From positions 1-64,000 of the forward strand of contig CAVUWV010000023.1 of the NCBI GenBank assembly GCA_963745075.1: a stretch of DNA of 64,000 nt, given 5' to 3'. Source of the stretch: Candidatus Hydrogenedentota bacterium. GTDB taxonomy: Bacteria; Hydrogenedentota; Hydrogenedentia; Hydrogenedentales; SLHB01. The translations under genes were made by a program, and so were the position numbers. Below, piece after piece: positions 10,490 to 20,066 of this stretch (position 1 is its first letter; the number at the start of each line of letters is the position of its first letter). The notes beneath the pieces were generated by a model. It was not told the origin of the DNA, searched no databases, and saw only the letters and a list, made by a program, of their open reading frames with translations.

Positions 10490-10765
10490 GTGTTGAACTG
10501 TAGACAAGCAGCACTGCTGATTTCGCAAGACCTCGACCGCGAGTTGTCGTCGTGGCGAAAGGCGCTGCTGTACCTGCATCTTGCCATTTGCAGTTCGTGC
10601 CGGCTCGTGCGCCGGCAACTCACCCGAATCAAATCCGAAGCGCACGAATGCGGCCTGTGCGAAGACGAGGTTATCTCGCAGGTAGACCGGCCCGGGATGC
10701 CGCCGGAACTGCGGGATAAACTCAAGAAGACGATCCGCGCGCAGGAAGACGTGCCGGATTTGTAA
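10490..10765 (+). CDS. Zinc-binding (zf-HC2) soluble anti-sigma factor
   Basis: MLNCRQAALLISQDLDRELS...HLAICSSC (HxxxCxxC), immediately after the ECF. Confidence 0.85.
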   Translation: MLNCRQAALLISQDLDRELSSWRKALLYLHLAICSSCRLVRRQLTRIKSEAHECGLCEDEVISQVDRPGMPPELRDKLKKTIRAQEDVPDL

Positions 10766-10901
10766 GGCTTCCACCCTCTCCTCGACCAACCTGATGAACG
10801 TGTGCGGGAATGCATCGCACGCGAAACCAGGAACAGCCCCGTCTCCCGATCGATCCGGGTACAACCTTCCGGTGGGGCAAACGACAGAGGAGAATATTCG
10901 A

Positions 10902-11246
10902 ATGCGGTACAAACGAATGGTGGCATTGGTGGTTCCGGCCGTGGTGGCCGTCATGGCACTGGGAATCTTTCTTCCCCAGGCAGCGGCCCGCGGCGAAGGC
11001 AATCCGTTTCCGGCTGGGGCAATTTACGTGAACAGCCAGGGTCTGTATTTCGACACCATTGCGCCCACCACGTTGCCACCCCACGGCCGGTTCCAATTGC
11101 TGTACGTCGGGCCGAACGGGCCGACCACCGAGTACGGTCCCGGCGACGTCGGGTACCTGGGCGGACGTTGGAAGATGGACGACGGCAACGGCGGGTACAA
11201 ATACTTCTTGTGTCCCTTGATGGGCCCCGGTCACCCGGAACCCTGA
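10902..11246 (+). CDS. Small secreted Gly/Pro/Tyr-rich hypothetical protein
   Basis: GAGGAG RBS; signal peptide ending AAA; about 85 aa mature part. Confidence 0.7.
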   Translation: MRYKRMVALVVPAVVAVMALGIFLPQAAARGEGNPFPAGAIYVNSQGLYFDTIAPTTLPPHGRFQLLYVGPNGPTTEYGPGDVGYLGGRWKMDDGNGGYKYFLCPLMGPGHPEP

Positions 11247-11297
11247 GACGGACTTCTCTCGAGGGCGGGGCATCGCTCCGCCCTCAACCCATTTCTC

Positions 11298-12375
11298 CTA
11301 TTCGATTCGGTTCATTTTCCAATGGTATTCGTAGATGCGCGGCGGCATGTCATTCTCCGTTGCGGTTTTCCGAAGTGGTGAAGAAGTCGTTCCGCCACGG
11401 AGGTCATCGAGAAAATCCGTATTGGGATCGATCGTGTAGCTGAAGCGCAATGGTCGCGGTGCTGTCGTCGGAACGAGGAGCCCCGCGTCGGCGTCGAAGA
11501 TCGATGTCCGCGCGTAGTCGTCGAAGGTTACGCGAATCGTGCCGAGAGAAGCCACGTGCTTTTCCACGCTGACGACCAGCGTCTGTCCGTCGCGTTCGAC
11601 GGTTAACTGGACCGGCTCGTCGATCGTGCTCAAATCCTCGATGAAGTTTTGCGCGAGGATCGAACGGGTGCGCGGGTCGGGAGCGGGCGTTCCGCCGATG
11701 GCGACGATGCGGTCGCCTGACGCGCAGCTTCTTCGCGGCGTCGCCTTCCAACTCCGCCACCGTGCCGTCTTCGCTGCATCGGATACCGGCCTGCCCCATC
11801 TGGAAAGGTACTTTGGCTTCGTGAGTCAGCAGCTCCACGCCGATGTGCGCCAAGGTGCGGTCCGCCTCGTGCGTGAACTGATTGACGGTGAAGCGCAGGC
11901 GAACGTGGGGCGGTTTGAGGGTCGTCAAATCGCCGACCTTGAACACGTCGTCCGCCTCCCAGGAGTCGCCCCCCGCCACGGGAACGTCCGGGAGATACAG
12001 GTTAGGACCGTCTTCGCCGGAAAAGACGATATCCGTCGGAGATGGTCAGCGATTTGCCCGCGTTGGCGCGCCGCTCCATGTGCTCTGCGACCAATTCGTC
12101 CATGTTGTGTGAATTCAGGTGGACAGTCATCGTCATGCGGTAGCCGTCGCTTTCGCGGGCGTCCGGCGTCATAACGCAAACGGCGGACACGTTTTCGTTC
12201 ATCTTCTGCCGTTGGTGGTCTTGTCGAGGTCGACGGAGATTTCGTAGGCAAGCGGTTCGTCCAAGGTCGGCGTGAACCGCAATAGAAAAGATTCGGAAGA
12301 TGGATTGGATGTGCACGTCCCGAGTCCTATTGCCGAGATCAACACCACGAGTGGCGATAAACCGATCTTTCCCAT
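11298..12375 (-). CDS. Exported hypothetical protein with PDZ-like segment, frameshifted
   Basis: Signal-like MGKIGLSPLVVLISAIGLGTC; fragments GDAAKKLRV..(D)RIVAIGG and DEPVQLTVERDGQTLVVSV in different frames. Confidence 0.5.
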
Positions 12376-12566
12376 GTCGGTACCTTCGCCGCCTTCGCGG
12401 AACGCGGCCAATGATCACCCCTGAGCGCAACGACAAATCCTGGCTCTATGGTAGATCACCGTTCGGCCGGTGTACAGCCCATCGATCTACCGGGTCCGAA
12501 AAGTGTCTTGCCACGTGTTCCGGAGAGTATGATCTCCAGGAACCTGCGTGTTAGAGGTAGCTGGGC

Positions 12567-13598
12567 ATGAACGTGGAAAGCGAAAGTGACGTGGAACAAC
12601 TGCCCGGGATCGGTGCGAGTACTATCACCGCATTTGCTGCGCTGCTGCTCGCATTGATCATCCTGGCGGCATGGACTAACACGTTCTTTCATGAGGCGTT
12701 GGGACATTGTTTGACATTGGAGTTGCTCGGCGGGACGGCTGAGGGTTTTCGGATTGATTGGTTTGGGGGCGGCCAAGCCTATGGTTTGGATCTTCCCGGG
12801 AATTGGTTGCCTAAATTCCTTCACGATTTCAGCGGCATGATGGTAAACGTTGCCACCGCTATGCTGGCGCTGTTGTGGTTGAAATTGGGACAGCCCCGCA
12901 CGACGCTCCGGCTCGGGCTAATGGTGTTCGCTCTGATGGCGACGTTGGGTCCCATGGCTTATGCTTGCCTCGGTCTCTACTATGATTTCGGCGACGCCAG
13001 CGGATGGGCGGACCGCATCCCATTTGTCGGGCGATATCTATGGCTTCCATTTTTGATCGCCGCGCCGTTCGTCGCGAACCTGCTCATGAAGCCGTACGTG
13101 GGACTTCAGCAGCGGATGTTCCCAATTGCACCGGCGTTTCGACGCGTGAGCTTTTCCATTTTGACGCTGGGATCGGCGACCGTTGCACTCGCTGCGCTGA
13201 ACTTCGCGACATCGAACCTGCACCGCGTGGAATTCCCCAAAGCCGCAAGGGCGCAAGCGGTGGAGCGGGTCCGCGTCGCAAAAAGAGAGGTGCTGAGGAA
13301 AGAATTGCGCCGCGCGTATCCCCAGGCCAGCGCGCATGTCATCGAAGAACGCGTGGAACGAACGCCCATCGTGGTCGAGCCGGAGGAAGCGCACGTTGGT
13401 CCGTGGATTGCGATTGCGTACGTCGTCTTCACGATCGCGGGCGGACTCGCCGCTCTCTGGCGCGGGGCAAGGAGTGAAGCGGAGATGTCGCGGTTTCCGG
13501 GAAAGGGCGCCCTCATCGTGTCATGGTTTGCCGTGGCATTGGGATTGGCCGTTCTTTGGTACTGTGGTAACGAATTCCCGTGGCCGCGATTCGGCTAG
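12567..13598 (+). CDS. Multi-TM membrane protein with M50-like HEALGH motif
   Basis: FFHEALGH in a TM context; later YYDFGD; about 8 TM segments. Confidence 0.55.
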   Translation: MNVESESDVEQLPGIGASTITAFAALLLALIILAAWTNTFFHEALGHCLTLELLGGTAEGFRIDWFGGGQAYGLDLPGNWLPKFLHDFSGMMVNVATAMLALLWLKLGQPRTTLRLGLMVFALMATLGPMAYACLGLYYDFGDASGWADRIPFVGRYLWLPFLIAAPFVANLLMKPYVGLQQRMFPIAPAFRRVSFSILTLGSATVALAALNFATSNLHRVEFPKAARAQAVERVRVAKREVLRKELRRAYPQASAHVIEERVERTPIVVEPEEAHVGPWIAIAYVVFTIAGGLAALWRGARSEAEMSRFPGKGALIVSWFAVALGLAVLWYCGNEFPWPRFG

Positions 13599-13614
13599 GT
13601 TTTGCGGCGCTGCG

Positions 13615-14514
13615 CTATCCGGCCGCGCGGGTGTAGATCAGCTCGTAGATGTCCCGATCACCGCGTTCGTAGGCGATTTCCACCGGGGATTTGCCGGCGT
13701 CGTTCTTCTGGTTCATGGGTGAGCCGTGATCGATGAGGCTGCGGATAAGGTAAATTGGGGCGGACTCCGCGGCGAGATGGATGGGCAGGTTCTTGTCCTT
13801 GTCGGCGATGCTCAGGTCGGGGTTGTACGCGAGCAGGGTGCTGGCCATCGCGTGGTTTCCAGCGGCGAGGGCCACGTGCAGGGCCGTGCGGCCTTCGGAA
13901 TCCACGGCGTTGATGTTGGCCTGATGGGTGCCGGTTTCGACGCGAACGTATTCTTCTGTGCCGTCCTCCTGCTGGCGCTTCTCGAGTTTCCAGCTCGGCC
14001 ATTCGGTGAGCAGGTGGCGGACCATTGGTTCGTCGTCCTTTTCCACGGCCACGTGCAAGGGCGGTTCCCCTTGGGGATTCGGAATGTTCGGGTCGGCGCT
14101 GTACCGAAGCAGCAACTCCACCATTTCGGTCTGGTCGGAACGGATGGCGAGGTGAAGGGGCGTCCATCCCGTCGCGGTTTTCGCGTCGGGATCGGCGCGG
14201 TAGTCCAACAAGATCTGCGCGATGGCGAGTTTGCCGTCCCGCGCCGCGCGGTGGAGAGCGGTATTGCCGTCCACGTCGCGCACATCCGCGGCGACCCCGT
14301 CTTCGAGGTATTGCTTGACCGCGTCGAGATCGCCTTCACGGGCCACCATGTGGAACGGGGTCAGGCCGAGCGCGTTCTGTTTGGTGGGCTTCGATTCGCT
14401 ACCGCCACAACCGGCCGCGATGCAGACGAGCAGCGCCACCACAACCTGGAATCGGACCGATCGGTCGGATCGGTCGGATCGGTCCGGTACAGTGTGCGGA
14501 ACATGCGTAGTCAT
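13615..14514 (-). CDS. Ankyrin-repeat lipoprotein
   Basis: Lipobox IAAGC; repeated TPLH/TALH ankyrin motifs. Confidence 0.9.
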   Translation of the reverse strand: MTTHVPHTVPDRSDRSDRSVRFQVVVALLVCIAAGCGGSESKPTKQNALGLTPFHMVAREGDLDAVKQYLEDGVAADVRDVDGNTALHRAARDGKLAIAQILLDYRADPDAKTATGWTPLHLAIRSDQTEMVELLLRYSADPNIPNPQGEPPLHVAVEKDDEPMVRHLLTEWPSWKLEKRQQEDGTEEYVRVETGTHQANINAVDSEGRTALHVALAAGNHAMASTLLAYNPDLSIADKDKNLPIHLAAESAPIYLIRSLIDHGSPMNQKNDAGKSPVEIAYERGDRDIYELIYTRAAG

Positions 14515-14651
14515 CGGCTTTGTATAGCACCCCCACGTATTGCGCGCAAGGCGAAGCGCGGCCGGTGAAGGCAGATATTCCATTGAATTGGAGATTTTAC
14601 GATTAAGTGACTAGACTCCTGACTTTGGGCCGATCGAACCGGAGAAGCGCC

Positions 14652-15548
14652 ATGTTTCAACGAATTCTCGTGGGAGTCGTGTGTATGTTTTCGATTTTCG
14701 GCGCTTGGGCGCAGACCGCGGACCCGCCCGATTACGAGCGGATTCCGTTGTGGAAGGGCGAACCGCCGGGCGCGATGGGCACGGGCGAAGACGATATTCC
14801 GTACCTGCTGTACTGCCCGGCGCCGGCGGACACCGCGAACGGCACGGCCATCGTAGTATGTCCCGGCGGCGGGTACGCGAATCTCGCCATGGACCACGAA
14901 GGGTATCAGATTGCGGCGTGGATGAACGGCCACGGCGTCACCGCGTTTATCCTCGCGTACCGCCGCGCGCCGTATAAGCACCCCATTCCGTCGATGGATG
15001 CGGCGCGTGCGATGCGCATCGTGCGGTCTCGCGCGAAGGATTGGAAGATCGACCCCGCGAAGATCGGCATCATCGGGTTTTCGGCGGGCGGGCACTTGGC
15101 GGGCACGGCCAGCATTTTGCCGGAACCCGGCAATCCCGATGCGGAAGATCCGATCGAGCGGGTCTCGTCGCGCCCGAACTTCGCGGTGTTGTGTTATCCC
15201 GTGGTTTCCATGATCGATCCGGTGGCGCACGCCGGGTCGCGCAGGAATCTGCTGGGTGACAATCCCGATCCGGCGCTCGTGGAACGGCTGTCGCTGGAAC
15301 GGCAGGTGACCAAGGATACGCCGCCGATGTTTCTGTTGCACACGACCGAAGACCAAGTGGTCTCCCCGCTGAACAGCGTGCAGTTGTACCGCGCGTTGGT
15401 GGAACATGGCGTGCCCGCCGAGCTCCACATCTTTCTGCAGGGACGGCACGGTCTCGGACTGGGCAACAAGGAGCCGATCCTTCCGATGTCGGCCTGGCCG
15501 GACCTGTGCATTGCGTGGTTGCATGCGATCAAGATGCTGCCGGGTTGA
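14652..15548 (+). CDS. Secreted alpha/beta hydrolase (acetyl xylan esterase/BD-FAE-like)
   Basis: CPGGGY, GFSAGG nucleophile elbow, D(QVV) and HGLG triad residues. Confidence 0.9.
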   Translation: MFQRILVGVVCMFSIFGAWAQTADPPDYERIPLWKGEPPGAMGTGEDDIPYLLYCPAPADTANGTAIVVCPGGGYANLAMDHEGYQIAAWMNGHGVTAFILAYRRAPYKHPIPSMDAARAMRIVRSRAKDWKIDPAKIGIIGFSAGGHLAGTASILPEPGNPDAEDPIERVSSRPNFAVLCYPVVSMIDPVAHAGSRRNLLGDNPDPALVERLSLERQVTKDTPPMFLLHTTEDQVVSPLNSVQLYRALVEHGVPAELHIFLQGRHGLGLGNKEPILPMSAWPDLCIAWLHAIKMLPG

Positions 15549-15596
15549 ACTCGTCATTGCGACTTTAATCGTTGACCCTGTGAGGAGCGAGAATCG

Positions 15597-16589
15597 ATGA
15601 TTCAAACCACGGTGGTTGGAAGTTATCCTATTCCGGACTGGCTGGCGGCGTTGCCTTCGGAACAAGCGGTGATCGATGCAACGTCGGTCGTGTTCAAGAT
15701 CCAGGAGAACGCGGGGATCAACGTCGTCGCGGACGGCGAGTTGTACCGCTTCGACGTAAACCATCCCGATACGAACGGCATGATCGACTATTTCGTGCGG
15801 CCTCTCGGTAACGTGCGTTCCGCGATCAGCCGCTCGGATGTCGAGGCGATGCGTGCGGACCCGCAAATGAAATGGCGCGCAAAGCCCGCGGGCGTGGTGG
15901 AGGGCCCCATCACCGAGGGCACGCTCGACATCGTGTCGGATAGCCGGCGCGCCCGGGCGCTGACGAACTCGAAAATGAAGTTCACGCTGACCGGTCCGCA
16001 TATGCTGTGCAAGACGCTGCTGGACCATCACTACAAAGACACGCCTACGCTGTGCAACGCCATTGCCGACGTACTCGCGAAACAAGTCGCGGAACTCGAC
16101 GCCGACATCGTCCAGGTGGATGAGGCGAATCTGCCGGGCCATCCCGAGGATGCGGAGTGGGCCTTGGCGGCCATCAATCGCGTGTTGGATGCCGTGAAGA
16201 CCACGCCGGCCGTGCATTTGTGTTTCGGTAACTATGGCGGCCAGACGATTCAAACCGGGGACTGGGAACACCTCATCGGTTTCCTGAGCGGCCTCCACGC
16301 GGATCACGCGCTCCTTGAAGTCGCGCATCGCGACACCTGGGAACTGGCAAACCTTGCGAAGGTCGACAAGAAACTCGGCATTGGTTTGGGCGTGGTGGAC
16401 ATCAAGACCAACGTGGTCGAGACGCCCGAACAGATCGCGAAGCGCATCGAAAACGCCGTGCAAAAACTCGGAGACGGCCGGGTCACCTACATCAACCCGG
16501 ACTGCGGCTTCTGGATGTTGAAGCGCAGCGTCGCAGACCGCAAGATTCGCGCACTCGTCGAGGGACGCGATCTCTTCGAAGGCCGATGA
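15597..16589 (+). CDS. Cobalamin-independent methionine synthase II family protein
   Basis: TTVVGSYP, DGE, QVDE, Zn ligands HLCFGN and NPDCG. Confidence 0.9.
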   Translation: MIQTTVVGSYPIPDWLAALPSEQAVIDATSVVFKIQENAGINVVADGELYRFDVNHPDTNGMIDYFVRPLGNVRSAISRSDVEAMRADPQMKWRAKPAGVVEGPITEGTLDIVSDSRRARALTNSKMKFTLTGPHMLCKTLLDHHYKDTPTLCNAIADVLAKQVAELDADIVQVDEANLPGHPEDAEWALAAINRVLDAVKTTPAVHLCFGNYGGQTIQTGDWEHLIGFLSGLHADHALLEVAHRDTWELANLAKVDKKLGIGLGVVDIKTNVVETPEQIAKRIENAVQKLGDGRVTYINPDCGFWMLKRSVADRKIRALVEGRDLFEGR

Positions 16590-16596
16590 TCGCTGT

Positions 16597-19500
16597 TCAG
16601 TCCGCAGCGGCTGCCGTCGCGCGCGGTATTTCAAAACGGTCACCCGGACCGACATTGACAATCCAGGCGTCGCCGCCCGGTGTGAATGGCGTACCTTCTG
16701 TGACGGGCGTGACAAATTCGAGGGTGCCGTCGGAGACGTCGCGCAGGGGAATGAACGCGGTAAATCCGGGATCGCTGGCGTAGGCGCCGTCGTAGACGGA
16801 TGCGAAAGCGAGACCGGTTTCCGTCGTAATTCCTTCCGGCTTCACTTCAGACACGCGTACACGGCCCACGCGGAGATCGTCCCGCAAAGTAAACAGGAAG
16901 CCGTCGTCGACCTTCTCTGCGCGCTGGATCGTGTGGGTCGTCCGGCGGATCGTGTTTTCGAAATTAATCACACTTCCCACGAGAGAGTCTAGGTCGATGT
17001 TCGTCGCATTGGTACGGACGTGGATCTGGCTCATCTTCGGATCGACTCCAACGACTTCGCCGGCGAGCGGCGGCTGTTGCGGCAGCTTGTCATCGCCAAC
17101 GGTGAGATACGTACCGCCTGCGAACCAGCGTCGCGAAACGGCGCCGTCCGCGAATTGCACCAGCGCAAACTCCGCATCGGTTTCGATCGCGGGGTCGGCG
17201 ATGCGCAAGGGTTGACCGCCCGTGTTGATGAGCACCACGTCCCGCGCGCCGTTCCCTTCCTGCATGCCAATCGACAAGGCAACACCGTCGCCTTCCGCGA
17301 GATCGACGGCATGGACGCTGTCAATGGCCGGCGTTTCGGAGAAGGGTTCCAGGACGCTTACGAACCGTGATTGCAATGCGTCGCCGGTTCTTCGCGCGAT
17401 CAGGTACTTCAGAATTTCGTGGTGCTTCACGGGGGATACCGTGGCGTCCGCGAGGATCGCTTCGGCGTCCGGCGTCATAGAATAAACCCGAAGCTTCGCA
17501 TTGGCGTCGTGCTCGTGGGACCACTCGCAAAGGACGGGTCCGCCGCTGGAACGTTGCACGTTGAACAAGTGCTGAAACCCCGAGCCGTGGTAGCCGGAGT
17601 AGCCACCTGTGTACCCTTTCGCGGCGAGTTTGGGGTCGTCGTACATCACGCCGAGGGGGACGTCTTCTCCAGCGAGCGTACCGGCCACGGGGTCGGACCA
17701 CTCGCCCGTCAGGGCATGAAAGGTTCCGGGCGGACCGTGGAGACTGTAATCGTGTTCCGCGCCGCCGTCGACCGTGAAGCAATCCACGACGTAGGAGTGG
17801 GCCTCGTCCACATCGATCATCAGTATGCGTCGCCGGTACTCGCTGGTCTGGTCATAGATCCCGGCGTCGTCGATATCGAGGGCGCGGGCAAAATCCCGGT
17901 TCACAAACAGATTCACCGTGCCGTGGTGGTTGTTGGATTGGCGCGACGCGTCAACGACTACGGTGTTGTGCGTGACGGTGTTTTTGCTCCACGTGTAGAT
18001 GCCTGGAACGTAAGCGTTCATGAAATCGGGATAACCCGTGTCCGGCATCATGACCTGGTCGTCGGCAAACAGATCGAAGTGGAGCCGGTCACTGTGACCG
18101 TGGCCGCCCGCGTAGCCGTAGTACAACGACACCGAAACCGTGTTGGCGGGATTGTTCAGGATCGCCATGCCGTAGCCGTCGAGCAAGCGCGACACGACAG
18201 GTTCGTCGGGCGTACTTGCCGCTTCGATGGGGGGATCGAAGAGCGTGTCGAACGTGGAGAAGCCCGCCCCGCCTATGGCGCCGAAGGATTGGAGCTGTTT
18301 GCGGTAACGCGGGTCGTGATACGCGCGGAAGGCGTTCTGGTAAACGAAGGCGTTTTGTCCCACAAGCCCGCCGTAGACCGACCCGCTGTCGCCGAGGGAC
18401 GGCGTGTACAGGCCGATGTTCACGATGTCGAGAACGGCGTCGTAGAGCCGGTGCATCTTCGGAATGGCGTACACATCGTACCCGGCGCGTTCGAGGGCCT
18501 TTGCCACGGTTGTGAGATTGACGACCCAGGAGAAGTTATAGCCCGGCGACGTCTCGTACGGCGCGCCGTCACGGTACACGAGGTTGTATAGGGCGTAGTT
18601 CAGACCCGTCATACGATCGTTGGATCCGGCGTTGTTCAGAATGCCGTCCAGCCATTCCTTCTGCTTGCCGTATTGCCGCGTGATGGCCGCGTACACGAGG
18701 GCTTTCTGGTGCATGCCGAAGTTGCCGCGAATCTTGCCCTGGAAGTAGGCGTCGATGCCTTCTTCCAACAGATTCGCTTCGATGTTCGCGCGAACCTGCT
18801 CGCCGGTCTTGCCGGGAACGGTGTTGTCGTCGATGGTTTCCCAGACGTAGTCGTAGACCTCGGACAAAGTAGTAAGCGTGCCGGTTTCCCAAATGAGGTT
18901 GACGATCTTGCCTTCGTACCGGGAGCCGTTCGCGGCTTGAAGCTGGCCGTATCGCGACTGCACGTGGTAGTCCATGTTCGGATAGACCTCGGCGATGCGA
19001 TCGAGCAACACCGCCGCCTTATGGGCGTAGGCCTCGTCGCCGGTCAAGAGGTAGGCCTGCGCGAGGTACTGCACCGCCGGGATGAGTGTGGTTCTGCCAG
19101 GTCCAGTGGTTCGCGTAGGCGACGAACCAGTACTTCTCGCCATTGGGTCCGGTCCAGCCCCAGCCGTCGTCGGGGTAGTCGCCCGTCAACAGGGAACGAT
19201 CTTCGAGGCCGGACGCGTAAAACGCAGCGTAGTCGTTGCTCGGGTAGGTCGTGCCGTCCACGGGGCAGGTGACTTTGAACGGCTTCTTCGGATCGATGAT
19301 CCAGGGATAGGTGCCGCCCTTTTCGTAGATCTCCTTGCCGCACTTCGGACACCCTGCCGTGCCCACGTTGAACGCGCGCGGCACGTCGGCCGTCGGCACG
19401 AGTTTGCGGAGGGCGTCGTCGTCCCAGGCCCGCCATTCGTCCGCTCGGCTGACGATCGTGTCCGCGATGGCTTTCGCCGTATCGTACTGCGCGACATTCT

Positions 19501-19657
19501 GCCGGGCCGTGGCGATTTGTTCGTCCGACACCAGGGTGCGATCCGTCTTCAACGGGAACTGGGGTTCGCGCACCTTCGGCGGCATGAGCCCGGCGCGGGC
19601 CGTGAGGGCGAGGGACAAGAAGAAGAGTAAAAGAGAAAGCCGAGATTTCGATAGCAA
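16597..19657 (-). CDS. Heparinase II/III-like secreted polysaccharide lyase, one frameshift near 19090
   Basis: Signal peptide; CPKC..CP N-terminal motif; ETSPGYN, GHGHSDRL, PDTGYP and THNTVVVD; start approximate. Confidence 0.8.
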
Positions 19658-19788
19658 GATATCGTTTCCTTTCCACATGAAACGGAAGGCGTCTCCGAGT
19701 TCCTTATACTCGATGGAGCAGCGCTCACGCCACAATTCCCCAGGTTCCCGGTTTGGGTCTTGCCGCGACTTCAATTGACGATGAATCG

Positions 19789-19960
19789 ACGAAGAACATC
19801 CCCCTTGATCCCCCTTCGAAGGGGGAGTTGTGTTTGGTTCTGTCCATTGATATCAGTCGGTGCTCTATCCAAATTCCGATGCTTTGTTGGTCCAACAAGC
19901 AACGTGAAGCGTTGCGCGTAATTCCCCCTTTGAAGGGGGATCAAGGGGGATGTTCTTCGT
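19789..19960. repeat. MITE/REP-like element, family A copy 1 (about 41-bp terminal inverted repeats)
   Basis: acgaagaacatcccccttgatcccccttcgaagggggagtt ... aattccccctttgaagggggatcaagggggatgttcttcgt (2 mismatches). Confidence 0.9.
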
Positions 19961-20066
19961 GGCCGGAGAAGACTCAATTGCGATCGGGACGCTTGGTGGG
20001 CTAGCGTCATACCAGAATCTTGGGCAGCGGACACGACGCAGCCTGCGTCTTTGGGGGAGTCATCAC

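Noticed and set aside
14511..16715. Long antisense ORFs (also 30272..32215, 54642..56183, 40281..41717)
   Set aside because: Shadow frames of high-GC genes on the opposite strand, with no motifs
19753..20034. Small ORFs with PLDPPSKGE / SPFEGGSRG peptides (also 24793..25126, 52876..53235)
   Set aside because: They are translations of the palindromic elements
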